Shown here: piece by piece, positions 1 through 6,352 of the stretch
How positions within the stretch are numbered: the stretch's first letter is position 1
Layout of the letters: every line of letters starts with the position of its first letter
Virus record (IMG/VR): IMGVR_UViG_3300025087_002150
From: a virus
DNA length: 45,063 nt
Reading direction: 5' to 3' (one strand)
The notes under the pieces: generated by a model
Told to the model about the DNA's origin: nothing
The model's database searches: none
What the model saw: the letters and a program-made list of their open reading frames with translations, nothing else
Position numbers and translations under genes: made by a program

Positions 1-447
1 TCCAACCAAGCCCCAAGCCAAGCCCAAAACCAAGCCCCAAGCCAAGCCCAAAACCAAGCCCCAAGCCAAGCCCAAAACCAATCCAAAAACCAAGCCCGCA
101 ACCAAACCCCCAATCAAGCTCACAACAGAATATCTCCTTAGCTTTTCAAAACCATTCTTTCTCCAAGCGCAGAAAGTAATTGCACTCAAGCCAATCAGAA
201 CATAATTGAAAAGGGCATTTGGGATGACTATGAGCATCTCGAATGTAACTTCCTCTGGCTTCATCCCGAAAATATCAAATAATCCCCATGTCTTGATGGA
301 ATGATATACCCAGAAGGCCGTGAAAGCTAGTGTAAGCAAGAATACAGGAAGAAGATACCATTTCTTGCGTTGAACTTTCCTTTTGGAAAGCTGGCTCTCT
401 AAGTGGGCTATCCTTTCTTCAAGCTGTTTCTGGTTCTGCTTTTTCAT
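1..447 (-). CDS. Membrane protein with GLVLGLAW repeats (partial, runs off window start)
   Basis: Manual translation from ATG at 447 (overlaps stop of 444..638): MKKQNQKQLEERIAHLE...GLVAGLVFGLVLGLAWGLVLGLAWGLVLGLAWGLVG; no stop before base 1; absent from ORF track. Confidence 0.7.
   Translation of the reverse strand, partial: MKKQNQKQLEERIAHLESQLSKRKVQRKKWYLLPVFLLTLAFTAFWVYHSIKTWGLFDIFGMKPEEVTFEMLIVIPNALFNYVLIGLSAITFCAWRKNGFEKLRRYSVVSLIGGLVAGLVFGLVLGLAWGLVLGLAWGLVLGLAWGLVG
6..77. repeat. 3 x 24-bp tandem repeat CCAAGCCCCAAGCCAAGCCCAAAA
   Basis: Read directly; encodes GLVLGLAW on the minus strand. Confidence 0.9.
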
Positions 448-638
448 GTTATCTTCCCTTCATCAAGCTCAAGCGAGAACAATATAAACAAGGGAATTAA
501 AAAAGAGATAAACACCACTTCCCAAACAGGTGTCTTAAGATTAAGATATCTAACACTGATTAAACTAAAGAGTAAGAGGTAAACAAAATAACCCGCACAA
601 AAAAGCAATCCTTTTCGCCAATTAAATTTGACTTTCAT
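444..638 (-). CDS. Small two-TM membrane protein
   Basis: Two hydrophobic segments; stop overlaps next ATG. Confidence 0.7.
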   Translation of the reverse strand: MKVKFNWRKGLLFCAGYFVYLLLFSLISVRYLNLKTPVWEVVFISFLIPLFILFSLELDEGKIT

Positions 639-727
639 TTTTCCTTCCTTGACATTTTACTTTTATTTATACTTTGTTTTGCTCTTATTTTATTTATTGT
701 TTCATGTTATCTCCCTGATAATATAAA

Positions 728-747
728 GGGCGGGATTTCTCCCGCCC
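728..747 (-). terminator. GC-rich hairpin (8-bp stem GGGCGGGA/TCCCGCCC) followed by TTT on minus strand
   Basis: Perfect inverted repeat in the 639-806 intergenic gap. Confidence 0.5.
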
Positions 748-806
748 CTCGACCTCCGCTGTAATGGCCTCACTCCACTCCAGCGACGAGTTTTGTGGGC
801 CTGTAG

Positions 807-1145
807 TTAAACGGCTATAATGCCCCACTCTATATCAGCAGGGGAGTGCGTATCCGCATCAATGGAGGCACTTCTCTCAAATGTGTAGCCGTATGTATTC
901 CCGATGCTTCGTGTCGCCAGATGGCAGGAAGAGAGTGCCTTACCATCCTTTTTGCTCCCTTTAAACTGCTGATTATGTCCCCCTCCCTCATCTCCTTCAA
1001 TACCCATTTCTTTTAACAATCCACTTAATCTTTTAAACGCATCCAACAGATATTCTCTCCTTGTTTCTCCACGTTTAAGATGAGCCTCAAATAATAAGTC
1101 TCTAATGAAATCTATTTTCTTAGTTTCCAAAAATTCACTATCCAT
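807..1145 (-). CDS. Hypothetical protein
   Basis: ORF track 807..1157; start moved to MDSEF, which follows GGAGAGG and overlaps the upstream stop. Confidence 0.5.
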   Translation of the reverse strand: MDSEFLETKKIDFIRDLLFEAHLKRGETRREYLLDAFKRLSGLLKEMGIEGDEGGGHNQQFKGSKKDGKALSSCHLATRSIGNTYGYTFERSASIDADTHSPADIEWGIIAV

Positions 1146-1263
1146 CTTCCTCTCCATCTATGAACTGAATTGCTCTTATCTCTTCCTCGTTCAATATGCA
1201 AAGGGGCTTGAAGCAGAACCATTGCTTAATGAATGGTATTTTTACTATGAGTGTCTTTTTCAT
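1138..1263 (-). CDS. Small hypothetical protein (MKKTLIVK...DGEEDG)
   Basis: ATGA-coupled start inside track ORF 1138..1347. Confidence 0.5.
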   Translation of the reverse strand: MKKTLIVKIPFIKQWFCFKPLCILNEEEIRAIQFIDGEEDG

Positions 1264-1430
1264 ATTGTTTTTAGCTTCTCCCAATCTTCTTTGCTGATTA
1301 TCACTGAAATCATACCTATGGAGTGCACCGAAAAAAGATTTCCACATGTAATTTGTATTACTTCTTTACCAGGCGATATAATTTTCCTGATTTCCACATC
1401 ATAAGCTTTGTTCAATCCTTTGACTTTCAT
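1260..1430 (-). CDS. Small hypothetical protein, 56 aa (MKVKGLNKAYDVEI...)
   Basis: Manual translation; SD AGGAG upstream, coupled at both ends; below the track length cutoff. Confidence 0.6.
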   Translation of the reverse strand: MKVKGLNKAYDVEIRKIISPGKEVIQITCGNLFSVHSIGMISVIISKEDWEKLKTI

Positions 1431-1585
1431 TTTAACTCCTTTGAAAATAATTTTTCAAACCTTTCAACAATTTTAATTCTGCATTTGTCACAGATTCTTG
1501 CATCACCCTCTTTGCTCTCACTACATGAAAACATGGGCATGCCCAGAGCATTTGTTCCTATTTCGAGTTTATGTTTCTTTTTCAT
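1427..1585 (-). CDS. Small Cys-containing protein
   Basis: Track ORF 1427..1636 with start moved to MKKKHK; CxxC near C-terminus. Confidence 0.5.
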   Translation of the reverse strand: MKKKHKLEIGTNALGMPMFSCSESKEGDARICDKCRIKIVERFEKLFSKELK

Positions 1586-1589
1586 CCTT

Positions 1590-1835
1590 TCATCCTCGTT
1601 TATTTTCAAACTCTCCTGCACAAGTAGAACTTGCATTATGCCTATGATATTTACCTTTATTTTTATTTGAAACCTTGTGTTCCCACCCTTCGGCTATAGA
1701 TAAACATCTGTTTGAACACCACCCAGCAAACTCATGCTTATCTTTCTTCTCAGATTTAATGTTATAATATTGCCAAGTTTCAAAAGCCGCAAGCTCATAA
1801 CAATTCAGGCATCTTCCCTTTATTACTTTTTTCAT
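1590..1835 (-). CDS. Zn-finger protein
   Basis: CLNC...CSNRC; ATGA-coupled. Confidence 0.6.
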   Translation of the reverse strand: MKKVIKGRCLNCYELAAFETWQYYNIKSEKKDKHEFAGWCSNRCLSIAEGWEHKVSNKNKGKYHRHNASSTCAGEFENKRG

Positions 1836-2119
1836 CTTCTCCTCTCCTTCTTCCTAAGATAGTATGCCTTCTGGTATGCCTTATACTTGGCTGTCTTCTG
1901 ATATGCCTTCTGATATGCCTTCTGGTATGCCTTATACTTGGCTGTCTTCTGATATGCCTTCTGATATGCCTTCTGGTATGCCTTATACTTGGCTGTCTTC
2001 TGATATGCCTTCTGGTATGCCTTCAGGTATTCTCTTATGCACTTCTGCTTTCCGCAAGTCTTTTGGAATAACCACGGATTCTCTATTTTTCTGTTACAGA
2101 TTATGCAGTTTATTTTCAT
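1832..2119 (-). CDS. Zn-finger protein with expanded KAYQ/KTAKY basic repeat tail
   Basis: CIIC...TCGKQKC then ~3 copies of a 17-aa repeat; paralog at 38392..38574. Confidence 0.75.
   Translation of the reverse strand: MKINCIICNRKIENPWLFQKTCGKQKCIREYLKAYQKAYQKTAKYKAYQKAYQKAYQKTAKYKAYQKAYQKAYQKTAKYKAYQKAYYLRKKERRR
1862..2024. repeat. Intragenic tandem repeat, ~51-bp unit built from 12-bp TCTG(A/G)TATGCCT subunits
   Basis: Read directly; unit lengths are multiples of 3. Confidence 0.9.
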
Positions 2120-2170
2120 CCTTCCTCCTCGCTTCCTCCCACTCTTCCTCTGATTCAGGCCAGTCTGGTT

Positions 2171-2452
2171 TCATCCTTCCTCTCCGAAAAGCTCTGCTTT
2201 TAGCTCTTTCAATTCTAAAACTCTTCCAGAGATTAATGCTCTGTTCCCTTCTGGAAGTTCTGCTTCTGTTAAGACTTCTTGATGAACACTTACCCTTAAA
2301 TCAACCTTCTCCCTCATCTTTATCAGGTGCGCAAGGTGGCGTTGAGTTGCGTTGAGAGTTCCTTTTTCGAAATCGCCTTCTTTCAATCCCATTTTACCTA
2401 TCATCTTATCTAGCTCCTCGCATTCCTTTTCAAGCTCTTTTATGGTTGTCAT
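2171..2452 (-). CDS. Paralog family A member 1 (MTTIKELEKE...QRHLAHL...ELKAELFGEEG)
   Basis: Start moved to MTTIKE (ATGA overlap with upstream stop); shares three blocks with 2790, 3513 and 38571 ORFs. Confidence 0.75.
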   Translation of the reverse strand: MTTIKELEKECEELDKMIGKMGLKEGDFEKGTLNATQRHLAHLIKMREKVDLRVSVHQEVLTEAELPEGNRALISGRVLELKELKAELFGEEG

Positions 2453-2790
2453 CTCAAGTCCCTCGCCCACCTTACCCCGAGCGCAGAATTCGGGACCAGC
2501 GGATACTTGCTGCAATCGAGGTCAACCCTGATGGAGCAGGCGACGAACCCCGCGACCAGTCCTTTTTCTTTATTCAATCTGAACGGCTGCGCGAAAAAGG
2601 AATCATTCCAGCCAGTGAACATCTTCAACTTTTCTGCATATTTGCTATTAGCTAGCCATACTACTTCGTTTATCCTCTGCATACGCCAGTCTTTAGGCTT
2701 GAGGCGCATGCACTCTTGATAAGTCTTACCTTTATGCAGAACTTCTGCGCTTACTTCTATCTTCAGTTCTGGTATTTTTATTGTTTTCAT
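2449..2790 (-). CDS. Small protein with DGR-target-like (CLec/FGE-type) C-terminus
   Basis: Ends VAGFVACSIRVDLDCSKYPLVPNSALGVRWAR, matching the xFxAxSxxxxLxCxxxPxxSxxxLGVRF pattern of DGR variable regions; start MKTIKIPELK via TAATG overlap. Confidence 0.6.
   Translation of the reverse strand: MKTIKIPELKIEVSAEVLHKGKTYQECMRLKPKDWRMQRINEVVWLANSKYAEKLKMFTGWNDSFFAQPFRLNKEKGLVAGFVACSIRVDLDCSKYPLVPNSALGVRWARDLR
2470..2556 (-). other. Putative DGR variable region (VR)
   Basis: Locally GC-rich; variable positions are NNC/NNT codons (GTC, TGC, ATC, GAC, GAT, AGC, TAT, GTC) derivable from AAC/AAT by A-only changes. Confidence 0.55.
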
Positions 2791-3083
2791 TATTTTTTGC
2801 CTCCTTCCTCTCCGAAAAGCTCTGCTTTTAATTGCAACTTTATTTTTGCACAAGCAATTCTTCTCCAGTTCATCTTTCCCTTGTGCTTTCTCTCTTCTGC
2901 TAAGATTCTTTCTTCAATCCAATCAGCATTTTCGACCTTCTCCCGCATCTCCTTCAGGTGTGCAAGGTGACGCTGAATTACCTTGAGAATTGCCATATCG
3001 ACATCGTCTTTTGTCCAGTGCCCGAAATCTATCTTTTTCTCAAGCTCCTTACATTCCTTCTCAAGTTCTTTTATTGTTGTCAT
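2790..3083 (-). CDS. Paralog family A member 2
   Basis: MTTIKELEKE...QRHLAHLKEMREKV...LKAELFGEEG. Confidence 0.75.
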   Translation of the reverse strand: MTTIKELEKECKELEKKIDFGHWTKDDVDMAILKVIQRHLAHLKEMREKVENADWIEERILAEERKHKGKMNWRRIACAKIKLQLKAELFGEEGGKK

Positions 3084-3117
3084 TTTTTAACTCCGAGATT
3101 ATCTCTTTCTCTTATCT

Positions 3118-3516
3118 TCATCCTTCTACTCCAAAAAGCTTTTTGTTTTTACCAAAATTCTTGAAAGTGTATTTATGGCAGTTTTTGCATAAGGTAATGC
3201 AATTTTCTTTATCAAATTCGAGCTCTGGATGGGATTTGACTGGCTTAATGTGATGCACTTCTAAAGCATAATCGTCCTTTGATTTAAATCCACATTTCTG
3301 ACAGGTAAATTTATCCCTTTCCCTGACTTCTCTTCTCACCACATTCCAGTCTTTTATTGTTGGCTTCACAAATTTTTCGAACACTTCATCAGAACATTCA
3401 TCCGAACAATATTTTTTACGATATTTCGGTAGAGATTTTTGGCAATAAGCACACCTTCCCTTTTCTTTTTGTTTAAAGTCACTCATTTTAAAGCCGATTG
3501 AATATTGTTGTCTCAT
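3118..3516 (-). CDS. HNH endonuclease with N-terminal Zn finger
   Basis: VRERDKFTCQKCG...LEVHHIKP...ENCITLCKNCH; N-terminal CAYC...CSDEC. Confidence 0.9.
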   Translation of the reverse strand: MRQQYSIGFKMSDFKQKEKGRCAYCQKSLPKYRKKYCSDECSDEVFEKFVKPTIKDWNVVRREVRERDKFTCQKCGFKSKDDYALEVHHIKPVKSHPELEFDKENCITLCKNCHKYTFKNFGKNKKLFGVEG

Positions 3517-3773
3517 CCTTCCTCTCCGAAAAGCTCTGCTTTGAGCTCATTTCTAATTTCCTTCCTTATATGCGCTTGCAGTTTAGCATATTTGAATTCA
3601 TGGCATGCGAAGAAAAAATCAATTTTCTTCCGTATCTCCTTCAGGTGCTCGAGGTGGCGCTTTGTTGCTTCTATCTTTCCTACAGCAACCCCAAAATCAT
3701 ATCTTCCAAGCAGTTCCCCCTTTGATTCTTCAAGCCTTTCTACTTCCTTTTCTAAAATATCAATTTCAATCAT
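3513..3773 (-). CDS. Paralog family A member 3
   Basis: MIEIDILEKE...KRHLEHLKEIRKK...ELKAELFGEEG; start inferred from ATGATTGA overlap. Confidence 0.7.
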   Translation of the reverse strand: MIEIDILEKEVERLEESKGELLGRYDFGVAVGKIEATKRHLEHLKEIRKKIDFFFACHEFKYAKLQAHIRKEIRNELKAELFGEEG

Positions 3774-3978
3774 CTCCATGCTCCCCCTTAATCCTATGGC
3801 AGAAACTGCATGACCATTCTGTTTTCCCATCTTTCCCATGTTCAGTAGTTCTTTTCATATCCCCGACATTAATATCAAATAATTTTCTACAGAACACACA
3901 TCTTTTAATATTACAATCACAATCGGATTCCTCTCGATGACAATGATTACAAAATAATTTAACAGTCCATCGGTTCAT
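3766..3978 (-). CDS. Cys-rich Zn-binding protein
   Basis: CNHC..CDC..CVFC..CSFC; paralog of 39544..39798. Confidence 0.7.
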   Translation of the reverse strand: MNRWTVKLFCNHCHREESDCDCNIKRCVFCRKLFDINVGDMKRTTEHGKDGKTEWSCSFCHRIKGEHGDD

Positions 3979-3982
3979 TTTT

Positions 3983-4054
3983 TCATCTTTCCTCTCCGAA
4001 AAGCTCTGCTTTGAGCTCTTCCTTCTTCAACCATCTTACTTCGACATGGGTCAT
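3983..4054 (-). CDS. 23-aa mini-ORF made mostly of the family A C-terminal block
   Basis: MTHVEVRWLKKEELKAELFGEER*, ATGA-coupled to the upstream gene. Confidence 0.45.
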   Translation of the reverse strand: MTHVEVRWLKKEELKAELFGEER

Positions 4055-4434
4055 TTCTCTACCCACCCTAGGTTCTTCAGTGCTACCTTCTCATACTTGA
4101 ATATCTTAGGATGTTCACTATTCTTTATAGGTATGAATGTAACATGATACTTGAATTGCCCAAAAGTGCTCTTGTTTACTAGACCAAAGCTTTCCATCTC
4201 CCTTAGAATCTCATAACCCCTTGAGTAGCTAACTCTAAGGAACTCCGACAAGTCCCTAGCTGACACACTTTGCTCTTTCCTAAATCTTCCCGAACAGAAT
4301 AATATAGTCTGGCAGAAACTCCTCCCACCAAGCCTAGAGTATATTGCTTCCTCTGTGTTCCGCTCCTGTATCTTTTCAAGGAACTTCTTCAACTCCTCAT
4401 CTTCTTTTTCCGAATAGGGCTTTTTTGTTTCCAT
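4051..4434 (-). CDS. Winged-helix DNA-binding protein
   Basis: VSARDLSEFLRVSYSRGYEILREMESFGLV HTH plus wing pattern. Confidence 0.7.
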   Translation of the reverse strand: METKKPYSEKEDEELKKFLEKIQERNTEEAIYSRLGGRSFCQTILFCSGRFRKEQSVSARDLSEFLRVSYSRGYEILREMESFGLVNKSTFGQFKYHVTFIPIKNSEHPKIFKYEKVALKNLGWVEK

Positions 4435-4606
4435 ATTTCCTCGCTTCTATAACTCCTTCTTTAATCAAGATATTGACATATCTCCTGGCAGTGACCTGTG
4501 AAATTTGGAATGCTAGGGCTATGTTGGTTATGTAAGTAATCCCGTTATCTTCCAAGTTCCTAGATAGGATATACTCTTTGATTTTCTCTTTTAATAGGTT
4601 TCTCAT
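4397..4606 (-). CDS. Small winged-helix transcription regulator
   Basis: ITNIALAFQISQVTARRYVNILIKEGVIEARKYGNK. Confidence 0.75.
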   Translation of the reverse strand: MRNLLKEKIKEYILSRNLEDNGITYITNIALAFQISQVTARRYVNILIKEGVIEARKYGNKKALFGKRR

Positions 4607-4812
4607 TTCAACTTAGCCTTTGCCTCCGCCATCTTCTTCTCAAGTTCCTTTATTTCGGTTTGTGCACTTTTCTTTTCTCTGTTAGCTACTATGTATCTAT
4701 TGCAGGCACTCTGAACCAGAGACTGATGATACCTTTTCTCAAGGGAAGTTATCCTCTTCATAATCTCCTTTATCATTCTATTTTCCCTTTCCTTGTCAGT
4801 TAATTTTCTCAT
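4603..4812 (-). CDS. Coiled-coil hypothetical protein
   Basis: Coupled ORF, heptad-like C-terminus. Confidence 0.6.
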   Translation of the reverse strand: MRKLTDKERENRMIKEIMKRITSLEKRYHQSLVQSACNRYIVANREKKSAQTEIKELEKKMAEAKAKLK

Positions 4813-5183
4813 CTTTCTTTACCTCCTTGAAGAATATTTTTAAATAAATCAATAACTTTTGTAAATTTTCCTTGTTTATCTAATACTTCATCTCCCGCCT
4901 CTAAATTTTCAATAGATTTAACTCCCTCTTTAGTAAATATTTTTGTTCCTTCAATCAAACATCGGTCTTTGAAGTATGGGGGAATTAAAGTTCCTTTAAG
5001 AAATCCTTTTTCTCCTATCTTAGTTCTGAAGACTATTGCCCTTTTTCCGCTTCTTTCTATCAGGCTTTCTAAGGTTGTGGTCTTCCCGCTTTCGTGGGCA
5101 AGTCCAGTAACGATTAGATGGGCTGGCGCAATATTAACCTCATCCCCAGTCTTCAATTCATATCCTAACTTTATTTGTTTCAT
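4809..5183 (-). pseudogene. HerA-like P-loop ATPase N-terminus fused to an intein N-terminal fragment (truncated or split)
   Basis: HLIVTGLAHESGKTT Walker A, then CLIEGTKIFTKEGVKSIENLEAGDEVLD (intein block A/N2); stops ~50 aa into the intein. Confidence 0.7.
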
Positions 5184-5245
5184 GCGAAATCCAAGATAGC
5201 CACCTTTATAAACTTTCCATACCTTTATATACCTTTAGATAGTAG
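5184..5245 (-). promoter_or_regulatory. Archaeal BRE-TATA promoter, likely leaderless
   Basis: GAAAG-TTTATAAA (5205-5212) 21 nt upstream of ATG 5183; a second TATATAAA lies just upstream. Confidence 0.65.
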
Positions 5246-5272
5246 TTAATCTTATTATTCTTATTCTTATTC

Positions 5273-5695
5273 TTATTCTTCCGACTTGTAAACTATATAA
5301 TCTGGAGAATTTGGTCCTATCTTATACTCTTCTTTCTTGAGTGCTATCTTCATTCCAGGAATCACTTTCCCATCTTTAATAACATCTCGTAACTTGTTTC
5401 CATCTCTCTCTTCCCCAGGAGTAATTCCATTAATCCTTTCCTTCCCATTATGTAGGGAAAGATTTATCTTCCCATCTAAAGCCTTCCATCCATTTCCAAT
5501 CTTTTCCATTTTCACTCCTCCATCCTCAAATACTTGTTTCTGCCTGAACTTATTGTAAAAGACAAATGCAACCCATTGAATATCCTGAACAGGCTTATGG
5601 ATTTGCACGGGGCAGTCCTGCTTCACCTTCTCCATAAACTCATTTACCTTCTTACACAGCTCTTCTGGATTGCTATCTTTGAATGTTTTTATCAT
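5273..5695 (-). CDS. Hypothetical protein; C-terminal half resembles DUF736-type beta proteins
   Basis: KIGNGW...INLSL...NSPDYIVY pattern; family call is a visual impression only. Confidence 0.55.
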   Translation of the reverse strand: MIKTFKDSNPEELCKKVNEFMEKVKQDCPVQIHKPVQDIQWVAFVFYNKFRQKQVFEDGGVKMEKIGNGWKALDGKINLSLHNGKERINGITPGEERDGNKLRDVIKDGKVIPGMKIALKKEEYKIGPNSPDYIVYKSEE

Positions 5696-5816
5696 TTTTC
5701 AAGTCTATTGTCATTAAATGCTCACGGCAGACAAACACTTTCTTTCCAGAAAGCTCTTTAGTCCCGATAACTACACCCCTAAAACCTTCCAAATCACAAT
5801 AGTAGCAATTTATCAT
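5673..5816 (-). CDS. 47-aa Zn-finger mini-protein (MINCYYC...CREH)
   Basis: Manual translation; ATGA-coupled to 5813..6352. Confidence 0.6.
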   Translation of the reverse strand: MINCYYCDLEGFRGVVIGTKELSGKKVFVCREHLMTIDLKNDKNIQR

Positions 5817-6352
5817 CCTATTTCTTCCCCCCGTAATTCCTGCCCTCTTAATTCGATTTCCAGTTCGATATCCCTCTGCAACGAAGGTCCAATATCAGAA
5901 CTTCTGACTTGCCCCCTCAAAGATTCTAAACTCCTCTCACTTCTAGCTCTACCTACCCTTTCCGAGAATGCTTCTGCCAAGGCTCTCCTTTCCTCCCTTG
6001 TCCCGAATTTCTCCTCTCTAACTTCTCTTATAGCTCTCCTTTCTAAATCAGTTTTCGCTCTCTTTTCAAGTTGGGTAAAATCACTTTCTCGGAAGGTTTT
6101 TTCCTTTATCCTATTTCTAAAGATTATTGCTATTCTTTCTTCGCCTATTTGTCTCTCTGTCTCTCTAATAACTTCCGCTCTCCCTAGAACTTTCGCAACA
6201 GCTCTTCCGTGGGTGGGGGTCTTTTCAAAAGCTCTTACAATCCTCTTTTGCTCCTCGACAATATCTCTTATCGAAGTCGCATTTTCTAGAACAGAATCTA
6301 AATTCATCAATCTTGGATTTAATGTCCAACTAACTAATTTGTCCGTTGCCAT
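5813..6352 (-). CDS. Highly charged helical protein
   Basis: R/E-rich ORF directly downstream of the primase. Confidence 0.65.
   Translation of the reverse strand: MATDKLVSWTLNPRLMNLDSVLENATSIRDIVEEQKRIVRAFEKTPTHGRAVAKVLGRAEVIRETERQIGEERIAIIFRNRIKEKTFRESDFTQLEKRAKTDLERRAIREVREEKFGTREERRALAEAFSERVGRARSERSLESLRGQVRSSDIGPSLQRDIELEIELRGQELRGEEIG

Noticed and set aside
740-900. tRNA or known ncRNA in the GC-richer stretch
   Set aside because: No cloverleaf or T-loop consensus found by eye; only short stems
1862-2024. Possible CRISPR array
   Set aside because: Contiguous in-frame tandem units with no unique spacers
1864-2355. Plus-strand 163-aa ORF (MPSG repeats)
   Set aside because: Antisense shadow of coupled minus-strand genes
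2171-4018. Junction motif as integron attC or CRISPR repeat
   Set aside because: Not palindromic, lies inside coding ends, irregular spacing, and no integrase or cas gene seen
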